The translations under genes and the position numbers were made by a program. DNA of 36,588 nucleotides from a virus (Duplodnaviria > Caudoviricetes), in the IMG/VR virus record IMGVR_UViG_3300017645_000191, positions 1-36,588 of that record. One strand, 5' to 3'. Below are positions 33,069-36,588 of the stretch, piece by piece. Below the pieces are notes generated by a model. That model was not told the origin of the DNA and searched no databases. It worked only from the letters and a program-made list of their open reading frames with translations. The number at the start of each line of letters is the position of its first letter. Position 1 is the stretch's first letter.

Positions 33069-34127
33069 ATGAACGCCGTAACTACCATCGCTCCATCTCG
33101 CCTCCCGATCGCGCCCTCTATCGCCAAAGAGTTTGACCTGCAGCCTACGGAATGGCGGGTCTTGGTCGATCAAATTTTCCCTTCGGCTCAGTCTGTCGAA
33201 TCCGTGATGATGGCGCTTGCTTATTGCCGGAAACGCAATCTCGACATTTTCAAAAAGCCGGTTCACATCGTCCCAATGTGGTCGAGTGCGAAACGCGAGA
33301 TGGTCGAGACAGTTTGGCCTGGCATCGCTGAGATACGCACGACCGCAGCCCGCACCGGAGAATACGCCGGCATCGATGCCGTAGAATTCGGCCCCATTGT
33401 TGAGCGCACGTTCTCAGGGACCTTGGAACAGTGGGTTGAACCGGAAGGCGGCGGACGCAAGGTCAAGCGGCCGAATAAGGTCGAGAAGGTGGTGCGCTTT
33501 CCTGAGTGGGCTTCGGTTGTGGTGTACCGGATCGTCGGCGGGCAGCGATGCGCGTACCACGCCAAGGTCTTCTGGGAAGAGACCTATGCTACGATGGGCA
33601 AGACAGATATTCCAAACGAAATGTGGGCCAAGAGGCCGCGCGGTCAGCTCGACAAGTGCGTCGAAGCCGCAGCCCTGCGCAAGGCCTTTCCTGAAGAGCT
33701 CGGAAACATTTACGCGGCTGAGGAGATGGAGGGCCGCTCGATCGACGGCATGACGATAGAGCACGCTGAGCCTAAGGCACCTCCTACCCCACCGAAGCCA
33801 CCGGTGCCGCCGCGCGAGACGATCGAGCACAAGCACCAGGACGACGGCCGCACCGACGTCATTGATGTCGAGACCGGCGAAGTGGTCGACCAGCGCGAGA
33901 TCGTGCAAGAAACCGGCGAGCAGACGGCTGCGCTTATGGATGACGAGCCCGACGACACAGCCTTCTTTGAGAAGCTCGAGGCCGACATGGCCGAGGCCAG
34001 CGACGAAGCTGGCATCGAGGAGATCTGGACGGAGGCTGACCCGCTCGCACGATTCGAGGGCGACGAGACGAACCAGGCGATTGCGCTCGCGATCAAGAAG
34101 CGCGCCCTGAAGAAGGTGGCCAGCTGA
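33069..34127 (+). CDS. bet: Single-strand annealing recombinase (Redbeta/Bet family)
   Basis: LDIFKKPVHIV, RTTAARTGEYAG, MWAKRPRGQLDKCVEAAALRKAFPEE. Confidence 0.9.
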   Translation: MNAVTTIAPSRLPIAPSIAKEFDLQPTEWRVLVDQIFPSAQSVESVMMALAYCRKRNLDIFKKPVHIVPMWSSAKREMVETVWPGIAEIRTTAARTGEYAGIDAVEFGPIVERTFSGTLEQWVEPEGGGRKVKRPNKVEKVVRFPEWASVVVYRIVGGQRCAYHAKVFWEETYATMGKTDIPNEMWAKRPRGQLDKCVEAAALRKAFPEELGNIYAAEEMEGRSIDGMTIEHAEPKAPPTPPKPPVPPRETIEHKHQDDGRTDVIDVETGEVVDQREIVQETGEQTAALMDDEPDDTAFFEKLEADMAEASDEAGIEEIWTEADPLARFEGDETNQAIALAIKKRALKKVAS

Positions 34128-34128
34128 G

Positions 34129-34944
34129 ATGTCGAAGTCTGACGCCCCTGCTCTACGGCTTATTGTCGAACGCGGTCCGCGACTGGTCCCGGCGTCAGCC
34201 TTCGACGCCGAGCGGCTGGATACATATCAGGTTGGCCGTGTCATCCGGCTCACCCCTGTAGAGGAAGCGGACCGAAAGGACATCCGCCGCTGGTGGGCGA
34301 TCCTGAACCGCGCCGTTAAGGACGCGAAGACGCCATGGCGCACGCCTGCTCAAGCCAGTGAGGCAATCAAGCTAGCGCTCGGCATCGTCGAGTATGGGAA
34401 GACGGTCAACGGCAAGTTCATGCAATGGCCGAAGTCGCTCAAGGAGCTTGATGACCAAGAATTGGCTACGGCAGTTCGTGATATGGCCGCAATTGTCAGG
34501 GAGATAACCGGCGTCGATCCTCTCGACTGGAACAAAGAGTCGTCCGACGTTGGTCGCGACGAACAAGAGAAGCCCGAGACAGACGCCCCCTCGCCTCACT
34601 CGGGCTTGGGCGGCAGCGGAGCCACCCCCGGGTCCGCTGCCGCCGACCCTTCTGTCTCCTCACACGACAGCGACCAGAATGGCACGACTGCGCCAGATCC
34701 TGAGCTCGTGCGCCTCATGATGGAAGAGTGCATCGACACGATGATCCGCGATGCATTTTCCGAACCCGCAATCGAACGGCCGGCGAAGGTCGAGAAACTT
34801 CGTGCTGTGTTCTTGGAGCCTTATAACCTCGGCTCGCATGCCAAGTTTGTAGATCTCTGTGCTGAGACGGTTCGGCGCATCATCGGCAAACCGCAAGAGA
34901 AGGTGCGCGCGAAAGATTTCCTCATGAGCAAGAGGCCGATCTGA
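34129..34944 (+). CDS. Hypothetical protein (DUF1367/NinB-like N-terminal part)
   Basis: LVPASAFDAERL, RRWWAILN, IKLALG..PKSLKELD; low-complexity linker. Confidence 0.65.
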   Translation: MSKSDAPALRLIVERGPRLVPASAFDAERLDTYQVGRVIRLTPVEEADRKDIRRWWAILNRAVKDAKTPWRTPAQASEAIKLALGIVEYGKTVNGKFMQWPKSLKELDDQELATAVRDMAAIVREITGVDPLDWNKESSDVGRDEQEKPETDAPSPHSGLGGSGATPGSAAADPSVSSHDSDQNGTTAPDPELVRLMMEECIDTMIRDAFSEPAIERPAKVEKLRAVFLEPYNLGSHAKFVDLCAETVRRIIGKPQEKVRAKDFLMSKRPI

Positions 34945-35348
34945 TGGGTGTCGTCTCAGCCAAGCTCCGCAACAGTGCGCGTGGGCAGCATTGTCAGTTC
35001 TGCATTGCAGGCGTCTGCGATTACGACCCTGAGACAGTGGTGCTCTGCCATGCACCGTCAGAGGTTAAAGGCATGGGCAACAAGTCCGACGACTGGTTCG
35101 CTGCGTTTGGCTGCCATGCCTGCCACGAAGCCCTCGACCATCACCGTCTGCCGCGCGAGGAAGAGCAGTTCTACTGGCTACGCGCCCTGCAGCGCACCTG
35201 GTCGATATGGATCTCGTCCGGGCTCATAACCCTTCCCGTGAACCCCATCACAGCGAAGAACCGGCCGAAGAAGAAGGCATACATGCCCTCTCGCCCGATG
35301 CAGAGCCGTAACCAATTTCCAAGCAAGCGAAGGACCAGAGAAGAATGA
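34944..35348 (+). CDS. DUF1364 (YbcO-like) nuclease-fold protein
   Basis: KLRNSARGQHC..GVC..PETVVLCH..GMGNKSDD..AFGCHACH. Confidence 0.85.
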   Translation: MGVVSAKLRNSARGQHCQFCIAGVCDYDPETVVLCHAPSEVKGMGNKSDDWFAAFGCHACHEALDHHRLPREEEQFYWLRALQRTWSIWISSGLITLPVNPITAKNRPKKKAYMPSRPMQSRNQFPSKRRTREE

Positions 35349-35551
35349 GCCGGCGCGCCGCTAGGATCACGCATGACGAAGTCACCAGAATGGTTAAGGC
35401 CGTGAGGGATCTTGGCTTGCCCATCGGACGTGTCATCTTCAACGGTACAGAGCTATCGGTTGTGATCGGCGGGGATAGCGGGGAAATCTCCGAGAAGGTA
35501 GCTAGACAGGAAACAGAATCGCTCGCGCTAATTCGAGAGCCGAAACTGTGA
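35345..35551 (+). CDS. Putative excisionase-like protein
   Basis: MSRRAARITHDEVTRMVKAV..GL; coupled directly to integrase. Confidence 0.55.
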   Translation: MSRRAARITHDEVTRMVKAVRDLGLPIGRVIFNGTELSVVIGGDSGEISEKVARQETESLALIREPKL

Positions 35552-36588
35552 ACACTCCTGCAATGCTGTTTGAGCTCGAACACCTCACCGTGCGCACGAA
35601 TCGCGACGGGACAAAGCGATACTATTTCCGCCGCCGGGGACAGCCTTTGTGCCGCCTACCCGGCGAGCCTCTGTCAGCAGAGTTTATGGAAAAGTATCGG
35701 GAGTGCGAGCAATGGGACGGGCGTCACGCAGCTGCGGCTGAAGGATCGTTCCGGTGGATCTGCGACCAGTACATGGAATCGACATCTTTCACGTCGAAGG
35801 CCAAGGCTACTCGCGATGCTCGCCGACGTGTGATCCTGTCGATGATGAGTGAGCCCCTTGAGCGGGGCAAGCCTGAGACCTTCGGTGACGAGCGCGCCAA
35901 GCTGATCAGCAGGGCCCACATCGAGGTGCTTCGCGACCGAAAAGCAGACAACCCGAACGCTGGCAACGAACGTCTCAAGATCCTCGGGCAAGTGTTCAAG
36001 CTGGCGGTGGCAAACCGCTGGGTGGACTACAACCACATTCGTGACGTGGAGCGCCTGCGTGTGCCCCGTGGCGGGCACGACACCGCGACCGATGACCACA
36101 TCGAACAATACCTCACGAAGCACACCGGCGGCCCCGCCTGGCTCGCTATGATGATCTTGAAACACACCGGCGTCCGCATCTCTGATCTGCGGCTGCTAGG
36201 CCGACAGCACATCAAGAAAGGCCTGCTGGCCTTTGAGACGGTCAAGACCGGCGTCCTATGCGAGCTCCCGATCCACCCCGAGCTACATTCCGCCCTGCCC
36301 CGAGACAACATGACGTTTCTGCTGAGTGAAGCCGGGAAGCCTTTCGAGAGTGACAAGGCTCTCTCACAGCGCGTCTCGAAGTGGTTTCAGCAAGCTGGGA
36401 TCACAGGCATCACCGCCCACAGCGTCCGCAAATGGCGCGCCATCAAAATGGCAGAGGCTGGCGCTACCGAATATGAGTTGATGGCATCATTCGGGTGGCG
36501 AGATCCGAAGGAAGCCAGACCCTATGTGCAGTCGGCAAGTCGGAAAAGGTTGGCCCATGAAGCGGCCGAGAAAATGTCGCGTGTGTAA
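35548..36588 (+). CDS. int: Tyrosine integrase
   Basis: Arm-binding RYYFRR; catalytic TGVRISD, KTG, AHSVRK, FGW, Y; ends TAA at last base. Confidence 0.92.
   Translation: MNTPAMLFELEHLTVRTNRDGTKRYYFRRRGQPLCRLPGEPLSAEFMEKYRECEQWDGRHAAAAEGSFRWICDQYMESTSFTSKAKATRDARRRVILSMMSEPLERGKPETFGDERAKLISRAHIEVLRDRKADNPNAGNERLKILGQVFKLAVANRWVDYNHIRDVERLRVPRGGHDTATDDHIEQYLTKHTGGPAWLAMMILKHTGVRISDLRLLGRQHIKKGLLAFETVKTGVLCELPIHPELHSALPRDNMTFLLSEAGKPFESDKALSQRVSKWFQQAGITGITAHSVRKWRAIKMAEAGATEYELMASFGWRDPKEARPYVQSASRKRLAHEAAEKMSRV

Noticed and set aside
35548-36588. att core or tRNA integration target; CRISPR array
   Set aside because: Window ends at the integrase stop; no tRNA fold or regularly spaced repeat array seen anywhere

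Overview
The window is most of a temperate siphovirus/prophage of an alphaproteobacterial, probably Hyphomicrobiales/rhizobial, host (host inferred from gene families, promoter style and CCUCCUCCC hairpins). Minus strand, read right to left: cro, a CII-position gene, a GapR/RMF-like protein, an adenine MTase, a RuvC-like resolvase, a DnaB-like helicase, a DUF6456/GafA-like late regulator, nin-like genes with a short C5-MTase, HNH, the cos region, terS/terL, HK97-type portal, protease and capsid, neck and tail genes, tape measure, tail tip and an SGNH-esterase tailspike module running off the left end. Plus strand: cI, the early-left operon (Bet recombinase, DUF1364, excisionase-like gene, tyrosine integrase ending at the last base), an inverted mini-operon at 21.8-23.3 kb and four single-gene morons. 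No lysis genes, att site, tRNA or CRISPR were seen. Most notable: no replication initiator or primase is recognisable, but a ~600-nt structured noncoding region between cI and pL has convergent promoters and a ~77-nt antisense RNA with a CGCCAA loop, a geometry resembling ColE1/MRB-type RNA-only replicons. Also seen: a 14-bp operator at three loci, a moron flanked by an AGCGCT duplication whose removal restores gene coupling, a portal motif inside the prohead protease, an ATA start for the tape measure, and two +1 frame breaks in tail genes. All family assignments are from motif recognition by eye; no searches were run.
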